In this document: positions 27,139 through 34,762 of the stretch, piece after piece | Position numbering within the stretch: the first letter of the stretch is position 1 | Layout: the number at the start of each line of letters is the position of its first letter | Assembly (NCBI GenBank): GCA_036732865.1 | Contig: DAINBR010000001.1 | Span: forward strand, 1-34,762 | Source: Bacteroidota bacterium | Lineage (GTDB): Bacteria; Bacteroidota; Ignavibacteria; UBA10030; UBA6906 | Direction: 5' to 3' | DNA length: 34,762 nucleotides | The notes under the pieces: model-generated | The model's input: only the letters and a program-made list of their open reading frames with translations | The model's database searches: none | Told to the model about the DNA's origin: nothing | Position numbers and translations under genes: made by a program

Positions 27139-27708
27139 TCACCTGTGCTGCCTGGTTCGGGCGATCTGAAGATCCACCTCTTTCAGTTTCTTGAGTTCAG
27201 CGTTGACGGCAGAGAGCTGTTCTTCCAGTTCCAGTGTCCGGCGTTGATGCCCAGCGATGGCGACGCCCTGCTGACGGATAACGCTGCGGAGGCTGTCGTT
27301 CAGGCGCCACTGCACGTTGAGGTCCTGGCGGAGTTCCTGGAGGTGCAGCAATTGGGTGGAGTAATTCTCTGCGTGACGCCGGTCTTCCAGTGGAATCGGG
27401 CGGGCGAGTGCTATCCGGAACCATTTCAGAGCGAGTGTATCGTCGCGGGCGGGGTTGTGTGGATTGACTCGCAGCAGTCCGGCTTTAAAGGCCGCTTCCG
27501 CACCGGGGTCTGAATGGGGGTAGCGCGTGGCGACGCTTGTGTACACTTCGGTGGCGCGCCGGAGATCTCCGAGGTTTTCATACGAGAGCGCGAGACCAAG
27601 TACATGTTCGGTATCAGCACGTGGAGCGGGTGCGAGCGTCTCGCGGGAAGCGCATCCCGCAATGGCAAACGCCGACGCCATAACCAGAATGTAATTGCGT
27701 GCGTTCAT
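27139..27708 (-). CDS. Lipoprotein with TPR-like N-domain and C-terminal coiled coil
   Basis: ATG 27708 gives MNARNYILVMASAFAIAG-C, a canonical lipobox. A TPR-like segment (LALSYENLGDLRRATEVYTSVATRYPHS) is followed by heptad-rich LQELRQDL...LELEEQLSAVNAELKKLKE. The ORF-track start at 27846 overlaps the upstream kinase. Confidence 0.7.
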   Translation of the reverse strand: MNARNYILVMASAFAIAGCASRETLAPAPRADTEHVLGLALSYENLGDLRRATEVYTSVATRYPHSDPGAEAAFKAGLLRVNPHNPARDDTLALKWFRIALARPIPLEDRRHAENYSTQLLHLQELRQDLNVQWRLNDSLRSVIRQQGVAIAGHQRRTLELEEQLSAVNAELKKLKEVDLQIARTRQHR

Positions 27709-27724
27709 ACGGTCGATGTCCTTG

Positions 27725-29203
27725 TTAGTTCGGGTGCGGTGCATGGGGAAGGGAACGCGCACCTGGTGTGGGCAATTCCACGGTAAACGTGGAACCGACA
27801 CCAATCGTGCTGGTCGCATAGACCTTCCCACCGTGACCGTCCACAATTGCTTTCACGAGCGCCAGGCCGACACCAGTTCCCTTGGTATCGGCAGCGGAAG
27901 CACTCTTCCCCTGAAAGAACTTCGTGAACAATTTTGGGAGGTCATCGGCATCGATGCCCACGCCGGAGTCTTTGACGGATACGCGCGCGCCGGTGCCGCA
28001 GGGACCGAGAGAGACGGTGATATTGCCGCCTTTGGGTGTGAACTTGACGGCATTGTTCAGGAGATTGCTCACAACGGTATTGAACTTGGCTGGGTCCACG
28101 TTGACAGCGGGCACGGATTGTGCTGCCAGTCCAATCGTGATTTCCTTCGGCGCCGCGGCGAGTCGTGCGCTGTTGATGAGCGGCGTCAGAAGGGAGAGGA
28201 GGTCGACCTGCTGTTTGTTGTATTCCATTACGCCCGCTTCGATCTTGGCAAGGTCGAGAAACTGATTGCTGAATGTCGACATGGCGTCGATGTTGTCGCG
28301 AATGCTGGTGACCAGATGCCGTTGGCGCTCATTCAGCGGACCCGCAATCTGTTCGGCCAGCATATAGTAGGCGGAGTGCATCGCCTGCAGCGGCGTGCGA
28401 AGCTCATGGGAGATCTGCTGCATCATATCGGCTTTGTATTTGTCGACGTGCTGCAGGCGCGCGCTCATTGCGTTGAATGCCCGTGCGAGCCGGCCGATCT
28501 CATCGCTGCCGTTCACATGGACGGGACGATAATCGCCTCGGGCAATGCGTTCGGTGCCCCTGCGGAGCTGTGAGAGGGGACCAGTGATGCCACGCGTCAT
28601 CCAGTACGCAAACGCAGCGGTTGCCGCGAGCCCGAGCAGGAGTGCACCAAGAGCCACGTCGTACCGGCGCGGAGAGGATGCGCCGTTCTTTGCCACCGCT
28701 GTCTTGGTTGTCGTTGTCCGTGCCTGCTGGTGCACTTTAATGATCTGGTCGACGCGGGCGTGGAGGACATCCATCGTGTCGGTGAGGCGGTCGGAAAACG
28801 CGGCATTGCCTCCGGACTGGGCATCCAGTGCGGCGGCGAGGGATTCATGTGTGCGGCGGAATTGCGTCAGCAACGCGCGCTCATCTCGTCCGGGGAGGCG
28901 CCGCTGGAGTGAATCCAGGTATGCACGGGAGACCCTCTGGGTTTCACGGCGCAACCGGGCATACATGGGGTCTCCCACGGCCAAGTACTTCCGGGCAAAC
29001 CGTTCTTCATCGTCCAGCAGAGGATGGAGTTTCTGCGCAATACTGATGGCGGCCGGATCGGTCGTTGCGACTGTCGTGACCGTTGGAGCGGCAGGGTTGG
29101 CGGACTCAGCGGGGCCGTCCGGGAGGTAGGTAAGAGCAACGACCAGGGCGACGACGATGACGCCGAAACCGAGCACCAACTTCCAGAAAAGTGGGAGTTT
29201 CAC
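27725..29203 (-). CDS. Sensor histidine kinase (TM, about 170-aa extracytoplasmic region, TM, HAMP, HisKA, HATPase_c)
   Basis: The H-box is ISHELRTPLQAM. HAMP is ...GPLSQLRRGTERIARGDY...EIGRLARAFNAM. The N/G boxes are LLNNAVKFTP and GTGVGLALV. The start is set at GTG 29203, forming a GTGA overlap with the acpS stop. That gives MKLPLFWKLVLGFGVIVVAL. Confidence 0.85.
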   Translation of the reverse strand: MKLPLFWKLVLGFGVIVVALVVALTYLPDGPAESANPAAPTVTTVATTDPAAISIAQKLHPLLDDEERFARKYLAVGDPMYARLRRETQRVSRAYLDSLQRRLPGRDERALLTQFRRTHESLAAALDAQSGGNAAFSDRLTDTMDVLHARVDQIIKVHQQARTTTTKTAVAKNGASSPRRYDVALGALLLGLAATAAFAYWMTRGITGPLSQLRRGTERIARGDYRPVHVNGSDEIGRLARAFNAMSARLQHVDKYKADMMQQISHELRTPLQAMHSAYYMLAEQIAGPLNERQRHLVTSIRDNIDAMSTFSNQFLDLAKIEAGVMEYNKQQVDLLSLLTPLINSARLAAAPKEITIGLAAQSVPAVNVDPAKFNTVVSNLLNNAVKFTPKGGNITVSLGPCGTGARVSVKDSGVGIDADDLPKLFTKFFQGKSASAADTKGTGVGLALVKAIVDGHGGKVYATSTIGVGSTFTVELPTPGARSLPHAPHPN

Positions 29204-29577
29204 GTCGATTGATCTTCTATGAGCGCCATGGCCACCACATGAGTTCCGGAATGCGAGAGCGAGAGATGAATGCTCGCCGTTCCGAGATCTTCGCGCAGGC
29301 GACCGTGGAGCAATATTCTTGGCCTGCCGGACGGATCGTTTGACACCTCGACATCCCTCCACCGGAATTCACCGGCCCACCCCATCGCGAGGGCCTTGCT
29401 GACAGCTTCTTTTGCTGCGAATCGCGCAGCAAAATGTTGGTACGGATTCGCCTTGGCGTTGCAGTAGGCGAATTCCCCTTCAGTGAAGAGTTTCTCCGTG
29501 AAGCGGGGCCCCAGCGTCTCGATATCCCGCCGGATGCGCGCAATCTCAATGATGTCGACGCCGATGCCGCGTATCAT
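29200..29577 (-). CDS. acpS: Holo-[acyl-carrier-protein] synthase (4'-phosphopantetheinyl transferase)
   Basis: Motifs are MIRGIGVDIIEIARI...FTEGE...RFAAKEAVSKAL. It is 125 aa. ATG 29577 forms an ATGA overlap with the HAD stop. Confidence 0.9.
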   Translation of the reverse strand: MIRGIGVDIIEIARIRRDIETLGPRFTEKLFTEGEFAYCNAKANPYQHFAARFAAKEAVSKALAMGWAGEFRWRDVEVSNDPSGRPRILLHGRLREDLGTASIHLSLSHSGTHVVAMALIEDQST

Positions 29578-30281
29578 GGCCGACCTGCAGCATCCTGCTG
29601 CGTCAAGTTCTCCCGGTCGATGACATCCAGGAGTTCCGATACGTCATTGAGCTCGTACTTTGCATGAGATTCTATGGTACCAAAAGCGTCACCATACCGC
29701 GCAAAGACCGTTGTGATGCCGACCTGCGCGGCACCCACCATGTCGCGTTCCGCCCAGTCGCCTACCATGAGCGTCTCGAATGGTGCCACCCCGAGTTCCC
29801 GCAATGCCCGCAGGAATGGGGCGGGACTGGGTTTTCTCTCGCCGGTATCCTCAAACGTCACCACGCAATCAAAGAGATGATGAAAGTTCAGATAACACAA
29901 CCGGAGCCATGCCTCACGCCCGGGAGCATCGGAAACCACCGCAAGCCTGATGCCGCGCTTTATAAGAGCGACAAGAGTCAGGTTGACGTGCGGATAGGGA
30001 ACCAGCGCCGCCTCGCGGGCTCTCCGATAGGCAATGACACCCGCCGAGAGAATTTTGTAGTTCACCTTCTGGAACACATCGTACAACAATTGATCGAACA
30101 CGCTTTGAAATTCGATACCGCGCTCTTTGTAGATGGCATCGATGCGTGCCTCTGCCTCTTCGCCGGTCAGCCCCAGGCCCGCGTCGATCATGGCAGTGAT
30201 GGCAGCAGCCACGGCCTGGCGTTTCATCCGCATGAAATCAACAAGCGTGTTATCCAGATCGAAAATTACAGCTCTGATCAT
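29574..30281 (-). CDS. HAD-superfamily hydrolase (phosphatase, subfamily IA-like)
   Basis: Motif I is VIFDLDNTLV. Motif II is S in VVSDAP. Motif III/IV is K...MVGDWAERD. Confidence 0.8.
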   Translation of the reverse strand: MIRAVIFDLDNTLVDFMRMKRQAVAAAITAMIDAGLGLTGEEAEARIDAIYKERGIEFQSVFDQLLYDVFQKVNYKILSAGVIAYRRAREAALVPYPHVNLTLVALIKRGIRLAVVSDAPGREAWLRLCYLNFHHLFDCVVTFEDTGERKPSPAPFLRALRELGVAPFETLMVGDWAERDMVGAAQVGITTVFARYGDAFGTIESHAKYELNDVSELLDVIDRENLTQQDAAGRP

Positions 30282-30284
30282 GGT

Positions 30285-30557
30285 TCACTTTGCCGCACGC
30301 GACGACCTTGCGGCTTCGTCTTCGATGTACGCACGGAGAGCAGGCTTGAGGTAGACATCATCGAGACCGATCTCCCGGAGCGCCGTAGCCAGCACCGAGG
30401 CCTTGCGCGAGGGCATCAGCCGGCGGTTGACCAGCAGGAGCCGCTGATCCCGCAGTATGCAATAGCCACCTTCGAAGTCGCCGCGTTCGTAGCGAATGGA
30501 CACGTTCAGCTGCGCAGCGACGTTCTGCAATTCCTCGATCAGATCTTCGTGCTTCAT
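30285..30557 (-). CDS. Hypothetical 90-aa cytoplasmic protein
   Basis: ATG 30557 forms an ATGA overlap with the upstream membrane-protein stop. The stop lies 3 nt before the HAD ATG. I recognised no motif. Confidence 0.55.
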   Translation of the reverse strand: MKHEDLIEELQNVAAQLNVSIRYERGDFEGGYCILRDQRLLLVNRRLMPSRKASVLATALREIGLDDVYLKPALRAYIEDEAARSSRAAK

Positions 30558-31519
30558 GTTGTCTGCGATGCATTCCGGCGGAACGGCTGGAATATGGCAA
30601 GTGCGATGATGGTACAGTAACAGAACAACGCGACAAACGGTACGCCGGCGAGTGCTCCCACGCGTGCGAGAAACAGTTCACGGACTGCCGGCGTCCCGGC
30701 ATCTGAAAAGAAGACCATGATAACCATGCGCACATCCAGGGACATGACATAGGCTTCAACCGGAACGAACAGGTACAACAAAAGAGCACTCATCAGGAGC
30801 CAGCCGTGCTCACGCAGGAGGAACGGCGACGTCAAGAGGAACACGACACTTCCCACGAGGACGAGCACATAGCCGCTGATCATAAGAATCGCCGACTCCG
30901 CGAGCACGCGGTATAGCTGGCGTTCTGCGACGGGCGGTGTCCGGTCGTCAGACTGCATCGTGCCCAGGATCAGCAGGTCGTTGGCGACAACCACGCGTAC
31001 AGCCGTTGCGCCCAACCAGAGTATCGCGCCCGTGACAATCACGCACAGGGCAAGTCGCCAGAGGGTGAAGCGGCGTGATCCCTGTGCTGCGATGGCATCC
31101 ACACCCTCCGGATGATCAATCAGCCAGTTCTTATACCAGCTGAGATCGTAGCAGAGCGCGAAAAGGTTCTCCAGAGCCTCAGGTGTTGCAGCAAAATAGG
31201 ACGACGTAAAGTGCTCCTGGACGGGCAGGGGAGAATGTGCAAGCAAGAGCCGCACCAAGCGCGTGACCGCCGCTGTCTCCGACTGCAGTTCCGAGGAGAG
31301 ACGCGCTACGTTCGGATCAGTTGCTCCAACACGACGCAACGATCCACCTGCACTGGCAACAAACTTGGCATGAAAACTCAACTCTTCCAACGTGCCAAGA
31401 GCTTTATGCTGCGACGCAGCTTCAAGCAATACGGCTAAGTCTTCAGGACGAGTGAGTTTATCGCCGGAGTATCGCTTCAGCAAACCGAGTAAGACGTCGG
31501 TTGGAGAGCTCACTCTCAT
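30554..31519 (-). CDS. Hypothetical membrane protein (about 160-aa soluble N-domain plus about 4 TM helices)
   Basis: The frame is long, with high GC3. TM candidates are LWRLALCVIVTGAILWLGATAV, AILMISGYVLVLVGSVVFLL, WLLMSALLLYLFVPVEAYV and LAGVPFVALFCYCTIIALAIF. The start is uncertain: ATG 31519 or TTG 31567. Confidence 0.6.
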   Translation of the reverse strand: MRVSSPTDVLLGLLKRYSGDKLTRPEDLAVLLEAASQHKALGTLEELSFHAKFVASAGGSLRRVGATDPNVARLSSELQSETAAVTRLVRLLLAHSPLPVQEHFTSSYFAATPEALENLFALCYDLSWYKNWLIDHPEGVDAIAAQGSRRFTLWRLALCVIVTGAILWLGATAVRVVVANDLLILGTMQSDDRTPPVAERQLYRVLAESAILMISGYVLVLVGSVVFLLTSPFLLREHGWLLMSALLLYLFVPVEAYVMSLDVRMVIMVFFSDAGTPAVRELFLARVGALAGVPFVALFCYCTIIALAIFQPFRRNASQTT

Positions 31520-31581
31520 CGTTGATTGGGACACGTAACCTCGGACGGAATATACGAAAAGTAGCAAACATGGTCAATTGT

Positions 31582-31610
31582 TTGATTCTCTTAAAGATAA
31601 TTCCCATATT
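31582..31610 (+). promoter_or_regulatory. Sigma70-like promoter in an AT-rich divergent region: TTGATT, 17-nt spacer, CATATT
   Basis: Read directly. It lies in a markedly AT-rich island between divergent genes. Confidence 0.35.
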
Positions 31611-31633
31611 AGTTTACATAATCTTACGAACTG

Positions 31634-33979
31634 ATGAGCTTCAGACTATTTCTTCTGCAAATGGCAAAACTGCTGCAGAAACTAAAAATCTCGGCTGATG
31701 TCGCCACAAAAGCCGCTCTGGGGGCCTCACTTCTCGTCCTGCTTGCCCTGATGTTCCCACGTGGGGAGTCGCTGGAACTTGAATTTCGGGTCGGTGCTAT
31801 CTGGGCGCAGAAAGACCTGATCGCTCCGTTTTCCTTCCCCGTACTGCGCGAGGAAAAAGAATACTTGAACGATGCGCAGGCCGCACGCGCATCCGTCTTG
31901 CAGGTCTACGAGCGCGACAGCGCCGTGGGGGAGCGTCAGGTCCGGAGGCTCGAAGACTTCTTCCGTCACGTGCATGACGTTCTCAAGGTCAACCGGCAGT
32001 ACAAGAAGGATGTGAAGCGCGGCGATGGGTCCGCCGCCGGCGATTCTCTTCTGCTGACGCAACTCGTTGCGGCTCTGGAGATTCCCTTTAGCGACCACGA
32101 ATGGGTTGTCCTCAATGAGACCGGGAGCAATGGACACCTCGAGGCCATGCAGCGCGAGTTGACGGAGTCGTTGAGAATCATCTACGAGACCGGGGTACTC
32201 GACAGGAGCAAAGGGACTGTTCCGCATGCCGATGTTGCGCTGCGTGACGGGAAGATCGAGGAGCTGACGCCGCTCTCGCGGCTGTTTGATCGCGCGGACG
32301 CCGTTGCCGCGCTTGAATCACGGCTCCTCCAGCTCTATCGCACCGATAACGATACGATGGCGCTGGCATACAAGATTGGCGTGATCCACCTTGCGCCGAA
32401 CATCAAATACAGTGAAGAAGCCACGGCGCAGGCGCTGGCCACTGCCGTCGATGCAGTCCCGCGCACCGTCGGTTTTGTCCAGGAAAATGAGCGCATAGTC
32501 AGCAAACACGAACGGATCACGCCGGATATCCGGTTGAAACTCGAATCGCTCCGCCGGGCGAAGGCCGAGCGTGGCCCGGCCTCCGATACTTTTCTGCAGA
32601 TCCTCGGCATCACACTGCATGTCGCCCTGGTGATTGTTCTTTATGGTATCTACCTGTATTTGTTCCGGAAGAGGATTTTCAGCAACAACCGGCGGCTGGC
32701 GCTTATCGCGCTCTTGTTCGTCCTCGAGGGTGCCTTTGCGTATCTCTCGCGCGAGCTGGATGTCACGTCGCCTATTGAATACCTGATCGTCGTTCCTGCG
32801 GCGTCCATGCTGCTGACGATCATTTTCGATTCCCGCGTGGGATTTTACGGCACGGTCATCATTGCGTTCATCGTCGCGGGAATCCGCGGCAACGATTACT
32901 CGGTCGCACTCGCGTCGCTCGTCGCCGGTGTCCTGTCGGTGTACTCTGTGCGGGACATGAAAAACCGCACGCAACTCTTCCGGTCACTCGGCTTCATCTT
33001 CACGGGCTATGCGCTGACGATCGTTGCATTGGGCCTCGAACGCTATGAAACGGTGCAGGTGATTCTGGAGCAATTGCTGTTCGCGCTGGTGAATGCCGTC
33101 GTATCCCCTGTGCTGACATACGGATTATTGATCTTCCTGGAACGCACGTTCCGGGTCACCACGGATCTCACGTTGATGGAGCTGGCGCACTTCAACCATC
33201 CGTTGTTGCGCCTGCTGGCGGAGAAAGCCCCCGGCACGTACCACCACAGCACAACCATAGCGATCCTCGGGGAAGCTGCGGCGAGTGCTATCGGCGCCAA
33301 CGAGATCCTTGTGCGTGCCGGAGCATACTTTCACGATGTCGGCAAGGTCGTGAAACCCACGTATTTTGTCGAGAATCAACGGGGTTCACGAAGCAAACAC
33401 GACAAGCTTGCCCCCCGCATGAGTTCCCTGATCATCACGGCTCACGTCAAAGACGGCATCGCGCTGGGGCGCGAGTACGGCCTGCCCGAAGAAGTCATCG
33501 ACTTCATCCCCATGCATCACGGAACGACCCGGATCGACTTCTTTTACAACAAGGCACTCCAGCTTGCGCAGAACTCGGACGATGAAACAAAGCTCGATGA
33601 GATTAACGAGCAGGATTACCGGTACCCCGGCCCGAAGCCGCAGACAAAGGAGACCGGCATCCTCATGCTGGCCGATGCGGTAGAAGCCGCAGTGCGCACG
33701 ATTGAAGAGCCGACACCGCAGCGCCTCAGCGATGCCATCGATGAACTCGTGAAACGCCGCCTCGACGAAGGGGAACTGGACGAGTGTCAGCTGACGTTGC
33801 GCGATCTGACGAAAATCAAAGCTGCATTCCACACGGTGACGGTCGGCATCTACCACACGCGCGTACGGTATCCCGAGCCTCTCCGCTCCCGCGTACGCAA
33901 GCCGCGGCTCAAGCCTGCTCCGGCGGCCGAAGAGCTCCCACGGTCCACAGACACGCCACAGAGCACTGAACCCGTATGA
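31634..33979 (+). CDS. pgpH: 7TM-receptor HD-domain phosphohydrolase (HDIG; PgpH-like cyclic-di-AMP phosphodiesterase family)
   Basis: There is an N-terminal extracytoplasmic domain after one TM, then 7 TM helices (about residues 330-520). The HD domain is HHSTTIAILGE...YFHDVGK...IPMHHGT...LADAVEA. The start is ambiguous (ATG 31634 or 31661). Confidence 0.75.
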   Translation: MSFRLFLLQMAKLLQKLKISADVATKAALGASLLVLLALMFPRGESLELEFRVGAIWAQKDLIAPFSFPVLREEKEYLNDAQAARASVLQVYERDSAVGERQVRRLEDFFRHVHDVLKVNRQYKKDVKRGDGSAAGDSLLLTQLVAALEIPFSDHEWVVLNETGSNGHLEAMQRELTESLRIIYETGVLDRSKGTVPHADVALRDGKIEELTPLSRLFDRADAVAALESRLLQLYRTDNDTMALAYKIGVIHLAPNIKYSEEATAQALATAVDAVPRTVGFVQENERIVSKHERITPDIRLKLESLRRAKAERGPASDTFLQILGITLHVALVIVLYGIYLYLFRKRIFSNNRRLALIALLFVLEGAFAYLSRELDVTSPIEYLIVVPAASMLLTIIFDSRVGFYGTVIIAFIVAGIRGNDYSVALASLVAGVLSVYSVRDMKNRTQLFRSLGFIFTGYALTIVALGLERYETVQVILEQLLFALVNAVVSPVLTYGLLIFLERTFRVTTDLTLMELAHFNHPLLRLLAEKAPGTYHHSTTIAILGEAAASAIGANEILVRAGAYFHDVGKVVKPTYFVENQRGSRSKHDKLAPRMSSLIITAHVKDGIALGREYGLPEEVIDFIPMHHGTTRIDFFYNKALQLAQNSDDETKLDEINEQDYRYPGPKPQTKETGILMLADAVEAAVRTIEEPTPQRLSDAIDELVKRRLDEGELDECQLTLRDLTKIKAAFHTVTVGIYHTRVRYPEPLRSRVRKPRLKPAPAAEELPRSTDTPQSTEPV

Positions 33980-34762
33980 ACGGACACGTGGAGGAATACC
34001 TGCACTACCTGTCGCTTGAAAAAAATGCCGCACCCAACACGGTTGTTTCGTACAGGCGCGATCTCTCGAAATACTCCCGTTTTCTCGAGGGGCAGAACAT
34101 TCCGGATCCGGAAGCCGTCACACCGGAACTCGCGTCGCGTTTCGTTCAGCAGCTCCACCACGACGGACTTTCCGCCCGTTCTGTCATGCGCTGCGTTTCC
34201 GCTCTCAAGGGGTTTCACAAGTTCCTTATGGCCGACGGTTTCAGCAAGCATGATCCCACGGAGACCCTGGATGTTCCCCGTCGCACCCGCACACTTCCCG
34301 CGGTCCTGACTCCGGATGAAGTCAACACCATTCTGACGCAGAAAGCATTGAACAGGCCCGACGTTGATCCTGATGATGCCCGCAATCTGTGGGTGCGCGA
34401 CCGGACAATACTTGAAGTGCTGTATGCAACCGGGATACGGGTGTCTGAACTCATCACCCTCCGCCAGGCGGATGTCTCCGAGGAGGGAGGCGTGATCCGG
34501 GTGTTCGGCAAGGGAGCGAAAGAGCGGCTGGTGCCGATCGGCCCCTCTGCGCTTTCATGGATCAACCGGTACAAACGGGAATGCCGGGTCCGCCTGCACC
34601 GGCATGCCGCGGGCAATGACGTGCTGTTCTTGAACCGCACGGGGGACGCGTTGACCCGGATGGGAATCTGGAAGATTGTCCAATCGTACGCCGCTGAGGC
34701 TGGTGTGACAAAAGATGTGCACCCGCACACATTCCGGCATTCTTTTGCCACGCATTTGCTCG
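33976..34762 (+). CDS. xerD: Tyrosine recombinase XerD/XerC family, 3' end outside the window
   Basis: This frame is not in the ORF track because it has no stop, so I translated it by hand. It reads MNGHVEEYLHYLSLEKNAAPNTVVSYRRDLSKYSRFL...LYATGIRVSELITL...FGKGAKERLVPIG...HPHTFRHSFATHLL. ATG 33976 forms an ATGA overlap with the pgpH stop. Confidence 0.8.
   Translation, partial: MNGHVEEYLHYLSLEKNAAPNTVVSYRRDLSKYSRFLEGQNIPDPEAVTPELASRFVQQLHHDGLSARSVMRCVSALKGFHKFLMADGFSKHDPTETLDVPRRTRTLPAVLTPDEVNTILTQKALNRPDVDPDDARNLWVRDRTILEVLYATGIRVSELITLRQADVSEEGGVIRVFGKGAKERLVPIGPSALSWINRYKRECRVRLHRHAAGNDVLFLNRTGDALTRMGIWKIVQSYAAEAGVTKDVHPHTFRHSFATHLL

Noticed and set aside
27695-28573. 292-aa plus-strand ORF. 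Similar long antisense ORFs occur at 15948-16736, 20099-20953, 22565-23305 and 25565-26317.
   Set aside because: All are antisense to genes with clear family motifs (histidine kinase, DinG, DUF4091, GT4/methyltransferase, metallophosphoesterase). None has a convincing start context.
29664-30620. 318-aa plus-strand ORF
   Set aside because: It is antisense to the HAD hydrolase and the 90-aa gene. The HAD motifs on the minus strand decide the frame.

Overview
This is a high-GC, very tightly packed stretch of bacterial chromosome. I found no transposase, phage gene, CRISPR array or recognisable defence gene. Gene content and envelope proteins suggest an FCB-group organism (Ignavibacteria/Chlorobi-like), but that is a low-confidence guess.

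I support about 33 CDSs and one tRNA-Pro(GGG).
- Plus strand, 5' part: the cysS tail, then a three-gene outer-membrane module ending in a strong terminator. It consists of a small beta-barrel, an aromatic-rich/disordered lipoprotein and a FadL/PorV-like barrel. Next comes a penicillin-acylase-family Ntn hydrolase, a CobB sirtuin and pyruvate kinase, linked by GTGA overlaps.
- Minus strand: dinG-like helicase and hup with its own terminator. Then a probably leaderless operon: hybrid histidine kinase, RodZ, LigA, an orphan protein and a STAS protein.
- Middle: PAP2 phosphatase and an MFS transporter (plus strand). A minus-strand glycan cluster follows: Wzx flippase, methyltransferase, GT4, methyltransferase and a DUF4091/GH123-like protein, lying downstream of tRNA-Pro.
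- 3' part: a secreted metallophosphoesterase, then a long minus-strand operon. It runs unknown membrane protein, unknown 90-aa protein, HAD, AcpS, histidine kinase, coiled-coil lipoprotein, MerR. Last comes a PgpH-like 7TM-HD protein coupled to xerD.

Many ORF-track starts are too long. I corrected them using 4-nt NTGA stop/start overlaps, SD sites and one terminator.

Nothing here is a demonstrably novel system. The best candidates for follow-up are:
- the envelope module at 200-3618;
- the uncharacterised coupled pair at 30285-31519, heading an AcpS/kinase operon;
- the signalling/RodZ/LigA/STAS operon;
- the structured 325-bp gap at 26375-26699, which carries a T8G7 tract and a 15-bp hairpin.

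All family calls come from motif recognition by eye. No searches were run.
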